From Octopus sinensis (lineage: Eukaryota), in contig NC_042998.1 in NCBI RefSeq assembly GCF_006345805.1, forward strand, positions 134,974,001 to 135,038,000: DNA of 64,000 bases. Direction: 5' to 3'. The position numbers were made by a program, and so were the translations under genes. Positions within the stretch are counted from its first letter, which is position 1; the number at the start of each line of letters is the position of its first letter. The notes beneath the pieces are model-generated. The model had not been told where the DNA came from, made no database searches, and was given only the letters and a program-made list of their open reading frames with translations. Shown here piece after piece: positions 39,078 through 51,226 of the stretch.

Positions 39078-39185
39078 GATGCTGTCTTAATACAGCACAC
39101 TCCTATTCAAGTGGCTCGTGCTGCTAACCTCATCTATGCTATGTTGCTTTACCGTAGAACATTGGAAAGGCAGGAGTTAAAACCA
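39078..39185 (+). CDS. CPT1: CPT1 coding exon 7
   Basis: cattgtag| DAVLIQHTPIQVARAANLIYAMLLYRRTLERQELKP |gtaagt. Confidence 0.97.
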
Positions 39186-39191
39186 GTAAGT

Positions 39192-39427
39192 TGTTCATTA
39201 TTTACATTTGACGGATATTTGCCCTCATCTTGTTTGTTGTTAACACGTTTCAGCTGATGTATCCTCTAGCCTTCATCAGGTATCTTGGGAAAATTTCAAA
39301 CATGGGCTCTCATTCCTAAGGTATTTTTCGATATTGTTGTTGTTGTTATTATTCAGGCCACTGCCTGGAATCGAACTCGGAATCTTGGGGTTAGTAGCCC
39401 GTGCTCTTAACCACTACGCCATATGCC
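39192..39427 (-). mobile_element. tRNA-headed SINE with (AAC/AAT)n linker and a Penelope-like hammerhead-type core
   Basis: Minus strand: TGGCGTAGTGG (A box), GAGTTCGATTCC (B box), then CTGATGA...GAAAC at 39279-39247. Confidence 0.7.
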
Positions 39428-39896
39428 TGTTGTTGTAAATATTCTTGCTTTTTATCTTGACCTTATGTGTACTTGTTAAATTCCAGAGAAATGGCTTGGA
39501 ACTCTGTCGGTTATGATGATGAGTTGATTCAACCAGTGGAACAACCTGCTTATAAAATTAACATGCAAATGGCTGAGTGCTCCACAAACATGTGTATCCT
39601 TAACATAGTTCTCATGGAGTTTGAGTATCACACAAAATATCACAAGGCTGGCTTTTTGATTTGTCAGTTTAGATCTTGTGATCCATAGATGTTTTTATAG
39701 ATGCTAAATAATGGATTTGTATTTGAAATATTTCATATCTGGGCATTAATAACTCTATCTTTATTTAAAATGGTATATTAATGCTAGAAACTTAAAGTAA
39801 AAAGAATGTGATATTCATTAGAGTGGGACCATATGTCATAGACTGATGAAAGAGTACAGAATAGAAGTGAAGAAAAAATGAGGCTCTCTCTCTCTC

Positions 39897-39944
<48 letters not shown>

Positions 39945-40194
39945 TATATCATCATCATCATCATCATCATCGTTTAACGTCCGTTTTCCGTGCTAGCACG
40001 GGTTGGACGGTTTCGACCGGGGTCTGGGGAGCTCGGGACTGCCCCAGGCTCCAGTCTAGTCTGGCAGTGTTTCTACAGCTGGATGCCCTTCCTAACGCCA
40101 ACCACTCCGCGAGTGTAGTGGGTGTTTTTTACGTGCCACCTGCACAGGTGCCAGAGGGGTCTGGCATCGGCCACGTTCGGATGGTGCTTTTTAT

Positions 40195-40594
40195 GGGGGG
40201 GGTGCAGAATATAGGGGAGCACCAGTGGGAGGGGTGGTTCAGAGGACAGGTACTAGTCAAGTAGACGTAGGATATCGAGAGAGGGGTAATGCATGGTGAA
40301 ATAGCGTATTGAAGAGGGGGGTTCAAAGAGTAGACACCTATAATGGTGGTGGGGGGTGCAGAAATATAGGGGAGCAGCGTATTGAAGAGGGGGGTTCAAA
40401 GAGTAGACACCTATAATGGTGGTGGGGTGCAGAAATATAGGGGAGCACCAGTGGGAGGGTGGGCACCAGTGGGAGGGGTGGTTCAGAGGACAGGTTCTAG
40501 GCAAGTAGAACGTAGGATATCGAGAGAGGGGTAATGCATGGTGAAATAGCGTATTGAAGAGGGGGGGTTCAAAGAGTAGACACCCATAATGGTG

Positions 40595-40596
<2 letters not shown>
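40195..40596. repeat. G-rich mosaic repeat of three shuffled modules
   Basis: Module C (AGCGTATTGAAGAGGGGGGTTCAAAGAGTAGACACCTATAATGGTGGT) at 40303, 40376 and 40548; module B (about 70 nt) twice; module A (GTGCAGAAATATAGGGGAGCACCAGTGGGAGGG) three times, one truncated. Confidence 0.9.
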
Positions 40597-40634
<38 letters not shown>

Positions 40635-41350
40635 GTGTTATGTAATAGTTTCATAATGATATTATGTAACCCCTACCAAATGTGTTGAGTGCCACTATCT
40701 TTCATTTGTCCATTCACTCATATTTATGAGTATGTGTATGTACAGTTAGATGTACAACTGCTACTGTTGAGTTTAGAGCTTCATGAAATTTATCACCGCA
40801 CAGTAGTGGTTTGGTTACCCCTATACTTAATAGTAATTTTGGTTATGACTTAGAGAGTGAATGTGATCAAGCATCCAATTGTTCTTGGAATGTTCCAATA
40901 CAGAAGTTCTGAACAACAACAATGAATCGTCCATAGAGAACAAATGATATAAATGATTTTTCGTGTGTGTGTGTGAGTGAAAGAGAAAGTGATAGGTAAG
41001 CTAAATTGAATAGTATTCCATATTTAGTTACCTGGAGGAAGAAAGGAGATAATGTACGTTTCCTACGTAATACTACCCAACCTTATTATACCATTGCTGG
41101 TATGTTTTGGCCAGTGCTAATAGTACCACTTTCCTTATAAATGCTTTGCCTGTTTTGACTAACCACCATGTGTAAAAAGTTCATACATGAGAAATTTTTA
41201 TGTAAGACATTTTGCATTAATCTAAGCAGGTCATGTTTACTCTAAAAAACAAAAACTTCAAGTCAAATATGATTTCTTGATGATGACTCTAACAAGTTCC
41301 AAGTTCAAAGTCATTAGTTCTGTTGCAAGCCATTTATTTCACAAGTTTAA

Positions 41351-41572
41351 CCCTTTAGCATTTAAATCAGCCATATCTGGCCCAAATATTCTCCTTTTAT
41401 GCTCAAGCCAGCTAGATCTTGTTTCTCACACCTACTCTGCTATGTCATTCTGAAAATAAACAATCACATCATAAAAAATCTAAAGAAAGTTACTAGATAA
41501 TGCATTGATTAATTTAAAACAATCTGAATGAATAAGTATTACATTTGACTGAAATATTTGAATGCTAAAGGG
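41351..41572. mobile_element. piggyBac-type MITE (222 bp)
   Basis: TTAA on both sides; TIRs CCCTTTAGCATTTAAAT / reverse complement CCCTTTAGCATTCAAAT. Confidence 0.9.
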
Positions 41573-41774
41573 TTAAATTAGGAAATTTACTCACTTCATT
41601 AATATAATTTCTAACAGAGCTATAAAAAATAGTGCACAGTAAAATTTGTCTAAAATGGAAGTTTAGTGTTATACACAAACAAAAGTTTGAATATTTCTTG
41701 AAAGGATAATTGTTTTATGCAAATGTTGTCAAATATATGGACCTATGATCATACTATGTATTTTCTTTTTGTAG

Positions 41775-41859
41775 ATTTTTGTGAATAAAATCATCCCTCT
41801 TTGTTCGTCTCAGTATGAGAGACAATTTAATACAACAAGAATTCCTGGCATTGAAACTG
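41775..41859 (+). CDS. CPT1: CPT1 coding exon 8
   Basis: ttttgtag| [28 protein letters not shown](D) |gtaaga; phase 0 to 1. Confidence 0.97.
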
Positions 41860-42639
41860 GTAAGAGCTAACATTTGTAATAATCTACATCTTACCCCAAT
41901 GATTTTTTGCATCATCACCATTATTGTCTTCAATATTTTACATTTAAGGTTATTAGACAATAACTCTGAGTTGACAGATATAGAGCTAATTATCCGCAAG
42001 TATTGAAGTATATTTTGGCGCAGATGTGCTTGTGTGGAAGTGCAGGTGTAGCTGTGTGGTAAGAAGTTTCCTTCCTAGCCACATGGTTCTGGGTTCAGTC
42101 ACATTGTGTAGCACCTTGGGCAAATGTCTTCTACTGTATCCACTCACAATACCTTGTGGATAGAATTGATTGACAGAAACTGAAAGGAGCCTGTTGTATG
42201 CGTATGTATGTTTGTGTCTCCTTGCCTTGACATCTTGCAATAGTTGTAAAATGATTGTTATCGTCAGACAAGCAGTGTCATTCATTCCTTTATTCTGTGA
42301 GAACATGTTCGGCCATGGGGAAATATTACCTTGCTTGGAAAAAGGTGAGGGTTGGTGCAGGAAAGACATCTGGCTGCAGAAAATCTGCCTTAATAAATTT
42401 CATCTGATTCATGTAGGTATGGAAAAATGAACATTAAAATGATGGTGATGATGAGTTAACTAAGCACAAACCAATGTACTTTACATTTGTTGATTTATAG
42501 AAAACCTTTGATGGAGTTTTATCTAACTAGTTATGAAAACTGAAAACAATGCTTGAAGTGTTATTAGCAAGATTAAAGTTAACATTGACTTTGGTGGGAA
42601 ATCGGATGTACCATCACTTCTGTTCATTGTATTTCTTGT

Positions 42640-43490
42640 GTAAGAAACTAGTTCAGGACTAGTTGACTTTAAGAACTGTTGGGAAGAATGGTCTACAATT
42701 TAGTGTCCTGATGGTCAACGTAGTAAAGATCAAGGTGTTAGTATCAGCTAGTATGAATTATATTTACCAACTGAAAAATGTTCTTGTTTGATATGTAAAA
42801 ATGAAGTAGACAGGAACTTGATATTGTGTACTCAGTGCAAACAATAGGTTCACAAATACGCATAGGTGTAGTCGGAAGTAGAAGTACATGGACTGACTAT
42901 ATGTAGCTTGTATTTTCTGTTACCTAGGTGCAATATTCCTTCTAATTTTTTGTTGTGGGTATGTGCTTATAATTTTGCACTATGTGCAAATTTTGTGAAT
43001 GACCATCACTCAAATTTCTTCTATTTATGAAGCCTGATTTCATCTTGTGCACATATTTTTTTCCTTTCTAGTTATAGAGTGTGAGCTTGTATAAGTGCAC
43101 AGCTTAGAGGGAACACTGTCTAATTAGTGCTGGAGAAAGATACTTGGCTGCTATTTCTAGTATTTGAGCTTATGTAGAGATTCCTTCATTGGCTGGAAAG
43201 TAGAAGTTCAAGAAGTTGCTTTTTTTTGTAGGAAACAGTTTCTCTCTTTGTACAAAAGTAGAATATAAAGCATGTCTTAAGAAGTGTGATGATACATATT
43301 TGTCAGAAACAGACATTGAAAGAGATATTCAGAGGTTGGAAAGAAATGAGCCAGATATGATATGTTAGATGTGTAATAATCTTATCAGTGTAAAAGGCTG
43401 AATACTAATAAGCCAAGATATGCAACAGAGACATCACTGTACTGGTATAGATGTGTAATGTGAATGAAAAATCCTGTTGTTAAGGAATTT
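42640..43490 (+). mobile_element. Highly decayed RTE-like LINE fragment (sense orientation)
   Basis: Relic of the Cys-rich CSIC...LCTQCK...VH segment near 42780-42860, and a WYxxVMxM-like segment near 43440. Boundaries approximate. Confidence 0.4.
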
Positions 43491-43834
43491 ATGCTAACAA
43501 TGGAGTAAATATGAAGAAACATGGGAGCCTTTACACACTTGATCAGTCTGCTAGAAATGGCACCAAAATTCCATCAAATAATACCCTACCATTTGAAAAA
43601 AAAGAAGTACGCATTAGACTATGTAGTCCAAGATATACAAAAAGATTAGCTTATCACATATGGAATCCCTCTGATCATAAGTATGCTCTGACATATCTGA
43701 ACTTGAACTAAACAAAACAACCATCACTACTAGATTGGTATTCCCATCAGCCAACCAGCTGCATCTTTTCTATAACTATGAAACTTTTAAGTTACAATTA
43801 TTAATGCACTCATTATACCATTTTCCTCTTTCAG

Positions 43835-43949
43835 ATACCCTTGTTCATTACAAAGACAGCAATCACATTGCTGTCTATCACAAAGGTAGATTCTATAAAG
43901 TGTATATTCGTCATGGAGGAAGACTACTAACACCCAAAGAGATAGAAGT
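43835..43949 (+). CDS. CPT1: CPT1 coding exon 9
   Basis: ctctttcag| (D)TLVHYKDSNHIAVYHKGRFYKVYIRHGGRLLTPKEIE(V) |gtgagt; phase 1 to 2. Confidence 0.96.
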
Positions 43950-44020
43950 GTGAGTGGTTCTTTTTAGCTTCTTTCTGAGATTTCCTTGTCTGTACACTTA
44001 TACTGAAAATTTTCTTCAAA

Positions 44021-44336
44021 CGAGGTGCATTCAAAAAGTATCTGACCTTTGGGTATAAAAAAAAAACAATTTTGTACATTTCACAAATATTTAATCACCT
44101 TTAAAGTACTCCCCCTGGGAGTTCATACACTTCTCCTAGTAGTTCTACCACTGCTGGTAACACGTTTGGAACACCTTCTCTGGAATGCTATGGAGTTCTG
44201 CCATTGCTTTTCTCATAATTTCCTCTCATGACTCAAATCACTTACCTTTCAGTATGGTTTTCAATTTGAGGAAGAACCAGAAGTCATATGGTGTGCAGGG
44301 AAAAATAGTCTCAGATACTTTTTGAAAAGCACCTCA
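44021..44336 (-). mobile_element. Internally deleted mariner element
   Basis: TIRs CGAGGTGCATTCAAAAAGTATCTGA / TCAGATACTTTTTGAAAAGCACCTCA|TA; the minus strand encodes PYDFWFFLKLK...QGEYFKGD*. Confidence 0.85.
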
Positions 44337-44895
44337 TATAGTTGAAAGATGTACTTACCTTGCAAATGATTTGATCTAGGACTGTATGTTGAAACTAAAA
44401 TAGTTACAACATAGAAGACACATATTAACCATTCAAAAACACAAAAACCATTAACTTCACTGAATTCAGTGGAATCGTGTTAGTGATCCAGTCACAGTTG
44501 GTGTGACAAAAACTTCAATAACAAATAATAAATGTTTAAGTAAAGTTAACAGCCTTTGTGTGTTTTTAAATGGCTATGTGTTTTCCTTGCTGTAATTGTC
44601 TCATCCTCTTTGTACATCTCCAATGGCACTCTCTATCATAACATTTTTTAAATGCTAGATGGAAAAAATGGAAAAGTTCAAACTACTGAATTCTCAAAAA
44701 CCATAAAATACATCATGTTCTGAATTGTTCATATATGTATATGTGTGTGTGTGTGTACACACACACATGTAAATGTTTCAGTGTTTGTAAAAAAAAAAAT
44801 AAACATTTGTCCTTATTTATATTTTTGTTTTTAATAAACTTTGACATATAATGTAACAGAATCTGAGTATTTAGAAGGTAATATTTTTATTCTAG

Positions 44896-45052
44896 ATCGC
44901 TGCAGAAAATAGTTTCTGACAGAACTGAACCATGTCCTGGTGAGATGCATTTAGCAGCACTCACAGCTTGTGATAGAGTCAGTTGGGCAAAGGCTCGTCA
45001 AAATTTCTTCAGCAAAGGCAAAAACAAAACTTCATTAGATGCTATTGAAAAG
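44896..45052 (+). CDS. CPT1: CPT1 coding exon 10
   Basis: tattctag| (V)[52 protein letters not shown] |gtcagt. Confidence 0.96.
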
Positions 45053-47170
45053 GTCAGTTATAGGAAATAATTTAATTACTTTTCAGATTTTTGTGTTGTT
45101 TGTCACTGTCTTTTTCCTCTCATACATTGACACATGCATATATTTATGTTACTAGTTATAACTAATACCATAGAATATTTTGAGTTTCTTTTGGGACAGT
45201 ATGTGCAAGAAATTGTTGTTTTAACATGCATTTTGCCTTGCTAGTATGGGTTAGATGGGTCTGTTATGGAACATATCACCACTCATTTTCTTGTCCAAGA
45301 AGTCTGTTATTTTTCTTTATGGCCACCACACCAGTTCTTTTTTTTTTTTCGGTTTTCCTCTCCCTCAGGTGCCTTCTACACAACTAGATCAGGTGAGGCT
45401 ATGCGATTAAAAATTTTGCTTCCCAACCACATGATTTTGGATTCAATTCCACTGCATAGCATCTTGGGCAAGTGTCTTATACTATAACCTCAGGCCAACC
45501 AAAGCATTGTGAGCAAATTTGATAGACAAAAACTGAGAGAAGCTTGTCATGTATGTATGCATATGTCCAAATGTGTGCATGAAGGTGTGTGTTTGTGTCT
45601 CTTTGCCTTGGCATCAAGTGTTAAGTGTAAATGAGTATCACTCATCACTATCATACACGCAATGGTCTTCATTTCCAATCTGCCATGAAAACATATTCAG
45701 CCATGTGGAAATATTACCTTGCTCAGAAACAGGAAGAGCATCCTGCTGTAGAAAATTTACCCCAACAAATTCTATCTACTCCATGCAAGCATGAAAAAGT
45801 AGACTTTAAAACATTGATGTTGGTGATGGTGGTAGGTTAATTTTGGTAATTTAACATTTGAGAATTATGTAAGTATTGTATAAGATAAGTCTGAAATAAT
45901 GTAATGTTATAAGTACTTCTTGGACAAATATTGAGAACTAGTTTAACCATATACACCCCTACAGCAAGACACCTGTTTCTGTCTCTCTATCTCACTATAA
46001 CCTTTCATAATTTGACACAAGATCCCTTCCTCCAATGCCCCTTCCCCTCTCAAAGGACCCTTGTCTTGCAAGTTACTGGTGACCCTGCCAGTACTGGTGT
46101 CACTTAAAAAGCATCCAGTTCACACTGTGAAGTGGTTGGTGTTTGGAAGGGCATCCAGCTGTAAATACAATTCCAAATTGACCTCACCTGTGCTTGTGCC
46201 ATGTAAAAGGCACTTGGTCCACTCTGCAGAGTGGTTGGTGTTACGAGGGACATCCAGCCATAAAAACCCTGTCAAAACGGGCACACAAGTCTGGTGCAGG
46301 CTTCTGCCTGGCCAGCTCATGTCAAACCATCCAACCCATGCATGCAAGGAAGGAGGATGTTAAATGATGAGTTGTGTTAGGTACCAAAGCAAAGAATGCA
46401 CACTGTTATTTTCAAAACTAGGCTAAGAAAAACTTTGAGTGGTTAAAAACCTGTGGAAAGAAACCAGCCTTTCTTATTCCTACAAGAATAAAAAATATGT
46501 TGTTTACGCTATGAGAAACTTTTAAAATGCATAAAATATGTTGTTTTTAATGGTCAACCTCAAAATAGATAAAACTTTTCCATCCAAGGGGTTTTTTAAC
46601 CTAATATTTACATGCTATTATATATAGCTTTATATGCTTCAAGTTCCACCATTAAAAATGCTAGTTTTAAAGAATGTGTGTGTGATTGATAGGGTGTATA
46701 TGTGTGTGTGTGTGTGTGTGATTGATAGGGTGTGTATGTGTGTGTGTGTGTGGTTGATAGAATATGTGTGTGATGATTGTGCTACAGATAGATATGATGT
46801 AAGAGCAGTTTAAATTAACCAATGTCACTTCACCTTTGTCAGAACTCCACAGTTTGGCAGAGATTTAAGTTCAACTGTGCCATGCCAGCCCTTAACATGT
46901 TAGCACAGAGCAGCAATTGATTAAATTGACCCCCTTTATTCAACAAGTACTTTATTTTGTCAACCCCAGAAAGGTAACAAGCAAATTTGACCTCTGTGGG
47001 ATTTGAACTCAGAATGTATAAAGCCAAAACAAATATCACCAATGTTTTATCTAACACTCTAATGATTCTGCCAGTCTACTACCCTCACTTTATCCATCAC
47101 ATACATTTGAATATTGTTTGGTTTGTATTTTTCTCATCATTTTTCATTGTGTTTTGTCTTTATGTAACAG

Positions 47171-47218
47171 GCTGCCTTTTTTGTCACACTGGACGATGAA
47201 CCTCAGAGCTATAGTGAT
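47171..47218 (+). CDS. CPT1: CPT1 coding exon 11 (48 nt)
   Basis: gtaacag| AAFFVTLDDEPQSYSD |gtaagt. Confidence 0.95.
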
Positions 47219-48679
47219 GTAAGTTGCAGTCATTTTTTTATCTTTACTAAACAATATTTGTAACATTTACACAGTTTATAAGTAGCATTGGATACCTTCA
47301 TAGCTGTGGTTAAGAAGCTTGCTTCTTAATCATGTGATCTCAGGTTCAATCCAACTGTGACACCTTGGACAAGTGTCTTTTACTATAGCCCTGAGTTGAC
47401 TAAAATCTTGTGGGTAGATTTGGTTGATGGAAATTGGAAGAACCCAGTTTAGAGATCCCCTTCGGTCATGAATGACCATGGGATTGCATCTAGAAAGTTA
47501 CCCTCCGAGGCACAAGTCTGGGCAAGGTTGTTTGTGGAAGGCCAGCAGTCACCCATGCATACCAGCCTCCCCTCTCCACACTGCTGATGTTATCCATAGG
47601 CACAACTTCCTCCGCTTTAAGTGATCAACACTTCACTTCCCTCCCCTCTGTAGTGATATACTGTTTTCCTTTCAACTATAACTCCACTCATTTGAAGGGA
47701 ATTCTATTCTTGAGAGCAATATAATTACCTCACTACTGCTGGTGCTATGAAAAATCCACCCAGTACATTCTGTAAATTGGGTGGCATTAGGATAGCATCT
47801 GACTGTAGAAACCATGCCAAAACAGATACTGGAGCATGTACAGTTCTTGGAGCCATCAGATCCTGTCAAATTGTTCAACTCCTGCTAACATGGAAGACAG
47901 GCATTAAAAGACGATGATGATATGAGACAATGGAAATTGCCAAAACTGACGTCAGTATTGAGAATTTTCGATCAGCACTTTTCAGACAATTATGGTCCCT
48001 GTTAGTCTATATGTTTTCATTCATGTGCGTTAACTACAGTATGAGAGCAGTTTAGCTCTTATTTCTAGCAATATAGGTATTTCCTAGCACCCTTGTCACA
48101 TTAAGTAACAATTATAATTCTCCTTTTTAGTGAAACATTGCAAACTGCTGTTTATATTAATTTTGTGTGTATATGTATATTGTGGTTGGCGTTAGGAAGG
48201 GCATCCAGCTGTAGAAACACTGCCAGATCAGACTGGAGCCTGGTGCAGCTTCCTGGCTTCCCAGACCCCAGTCGAACTGTCCAACCTGTGCTAGCACGGA
48301 AAACGGACATTAAACAATGATGATGATGAAATATATATATATAAATCTTTTTCCATTTGTTCTGTGGCAGTGGAAAAACTCTAGTACCCACTTCAACTGG
48401 TGTTATAAAGCATGTGGCTGTTTAGTTTAATTGGTAATCTGGGCATGGTGCCATCCAGCAGCAAAATATAAATTCATCACTGTCTGATTGAGAGGTCGAA
48501 TCTTTATACACAATCTACTGTTTTGATTCATTATCTTATTAATGAATTCTAGGCAATTAATCAATATGAAGCTATGCCAAATGAGAATAAGCAAATAGAT
48601 ATGTTTAATGTTTCTTTCTCTGTGACCTAATTGCACACAGAAATTTACTCTACATTTGTATATTGCATTTTTTTTTCAG

Positions 48680-48787
48680 CTTGATCCAACGAAATTAAAC
48701 AAATTTAGTCGTTCCATGCTTCATGGTAAAGGTTATGATCGTTGGTTTGACAAATCATTCACACTTGTAGTTTGTTCAAATGGCACG
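48680..48787 (+). CDS. CPT1: CPT1 coding exon 12
   Basis: ttttttcag| LDPTKLNKFSRSMLHGKGYDRWFDKSFTLVVCSNGT |gtaaat. Confidence 0.97.
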
Positions 48788-48903
48788 GTAAATAAATCAC
48801 AATTTTTCTTTATTCCCAACTCTTTTCATAAACTATAGCATTTTATAAATTGGTTGCCAATATTTTTAAAGTAAATGACATTGGACATCATAAGCAGCAA
48901 CTG

Positions 48904-49148
48904 AAGAACAAGGGATGCATTAATGGAACTCGGGTGGCTTTGTATAGTCCAAGTGATAGATATGTCATCACCTGGTAAGCGGATACCTAGTTCAAGTTCC
49001 ATAAGTAAATGTGTACAACAATTTGGGACAAAAAGGAACACATTTACTAATGGAACTTGAACTAAGTATCCACTTACCAGGTGATGACATATCTATCACT
49101 TGGACTAAACAAAGTCACCCGAGTTCCATTAATGCATTCCTTGTTCTT
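48904..49148. repeat. Fold-back (MITE-like) inverted repeat: 111-bp arms, 23-nt loop
   Basis: 48904-49014 versus the reverse complement of 49038-49148: 6 mismatches in 111 nt, no gaps; no clear TSD. Confidence 0.95.
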
Positions 49149-49303
49149 AGATCAGTAAAATATCCTTAAATATCATAAATTTATTGTATCTACTTAACAA
49201 AATATATCATAAATTTTTTATAATTTACAAATAATCAAATTACTCATTCCTAAGTCGAGTGATCAATTTGAAGTTCTTTAAAATCTTTTATTTTGTGTTT
49301 TAG

Positions 49304-49329
49304 GTTGGTTTTAATGCTGAACATTCATG
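49304..49329 (+). CDS. CPT1: CPT1 coding exon 13: 26-nt microexon with the catalytic His (H472 here, equivalent to human CPT1A H473)
   Basis: gtgttttag| GTTGGTTTTAATGCTGAACATTCATG |gtaagt = VGFNAEHS(W); phase 0 to 2, and required to join exons 12 and 14 in frame. Confidence 0.95.
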
Positions 49330-51160
49330 GTAAGTTTGTCCACATTGATAGAAAGTTTGCTGTGTATTATTATTATTAGTTCATGATTAAAGATGATAGA
49401 GTAGTAGGAATCTATAGTGTGCTAGAGGACTATATGCATTTCAGTATTTAGTTGCAACTCTCAACCTGAGGTCAAATCCTACCAATATATACTTTATTTT
49501 CCATCTTTCCAAGAGTGATGAAATAGGTAAAAGTCATGTTCCAGGGGAATTTTAATGACTACTATCCATTCAGGTAAAGAATTATGGTTTTATGTCAATA
49601 GAAGAAATCATATTCAGTACATTGGTATTTTTCCAGGCATGTTTTGTATGTTATTGATTATGTTCCTGACAATAATTTTATGTGACCTCAAAACGTTTTT
49701 TTTTTCTTATTTAGTAAATTGTTGATATAAACATAGATAGTTTAAAACACTAATGAACAACTCAACAAATATTGGGTTGTCAGATAAATTAGGATTTTAT
49801 TTGGGGTTTTTTTTTTCTACTTGGCACTCCATCATCATTTGTTTGAAAAGAGGTAAAATTTATGAATTCAAATTTTAAAAAATATGAAGAAAACTTATAG
49901 AGGAAGAATTGAGATATAAAAAACACTGATAAAAATATTTTTCATGTTAATTCCAATTACACTAGAAAAGATTAATATGAATGGAAAAGAAAATGAACAA
50001 ATTAATCCAACAACTCAATAGTTAGTATACTAGTGAACAGCTCAGTGTTATGTCTGCCTACTCTACTTTACGACTTCAGTTTGTGGGTGCAGGCATAGCT
50101 GTGTGGTTATGCAATTCACTTCAGAAGCAAATGGCTTTGTGTTCAACCTCACCATGCAGCACTTTAGAAAAGTGATTTTTATCACAGCCTCAGGTTGACA
50201 AGAGCCTTATGTAGAAGCCTGTCTGAGAGACTATCGATCCCCTAGTTTAATAAAGCTACCTGTTACAAACATCCAGGTGTAATCTCTGGTTTGAGAATAA
50301 CTCCTGCTCTCTGTCAAATCACAAAGAAGTATTTAATTATAATCTAAAAATTTGGGGAAAAAAAGAGAAAAATAAGTCAGTTTTATATAACTCTTATAAC
50401 ATTTAACAAACCAATTTTTAATTAAATTGTTTAATTTTTTTTTAAGCATTACATATTTGTTTAAAAAGCAGTAAACTTACTTTTGCTCATGTCTTTTAAA
50501 CTTTGAGTTCTTATATTTAACTGAGAGTGGCTATTAATGTTGTATTTTAGTATAGATAAAGTAGTTTAATAAAAGTCTATTGTATATGAAAACTGAGCAG
50601 ATGATGATAATGGCTTAAGGTAATTGTTATAATAGTCTTATTGTTATCTGTAAAGAACTTTATATAACCCTGAGTTAGGTTAACAAAATAGCCTGTATTA
50701 AATCAACTATAAAAAAAAAAGACATCTCTGTATGTGTCATCATTTCCCTGGATATTCAATAATAATTTGAATTTTCCCAATCTTAAATCTCCATAAATTC
50801 TGTATATTTTAGAAAATATTTTTTGTTGTCATCATTGTTATTATTCAGCTCCAGGTCACTGGTCTTCTTCCTCTCACTAAACTAAATAGAGAAAAGTTCA
50901 ACCTAATTTGTCACATAGTCTAACACCAGAACTTGATACTTGAGTGTCTTTTACAGAGTCTACCCTGTTACACTGCATTAAATCAATGTAATCCTATATA
51001 CAAATAGGGAACACTTTTATAAATGTTGTTTGAACCAGAAATTCATCATGGATTGGACACATCAAATATTATGTTTCTTTCTAGTCAACATCTATATTTC
51101 CTCCAAATTACAAAAAAAAAAAAAAAAATAGTGTTAATAATACTCTCTGTGTTGTTTCAG

Positions 51161-51226
51161 GGCAGATGCTCCAGTAACTGGGCATCTCTGGGAGTTTACT
51201 CTCAGTGAAGATATCCTAAACTTGCG
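51161..51226 (+). CDS. CPT1: CPT1 coding exon 14
   Basis: gttgtttcag| (W)ADAPVTGHLWEFTLSEDILNL(R) |gtatgc; phase 2 to 2. Confidence 0.95.

Noticed and set aside
39360-39427. tRNA gene (also the tRNA-like heads at 57760-57842 and 58640-58700)
   Set aside because: A and B boxes are present, but there is no complete cloverleaf or acceptor stem, and each runs into a SINE body.
40195-40596. CRISPR-like repeat-spacer array
   Set aside because: The intervening segments are themselves repeated, there are no unique spacers or cas genes, and the context is a eukaryotic intron.
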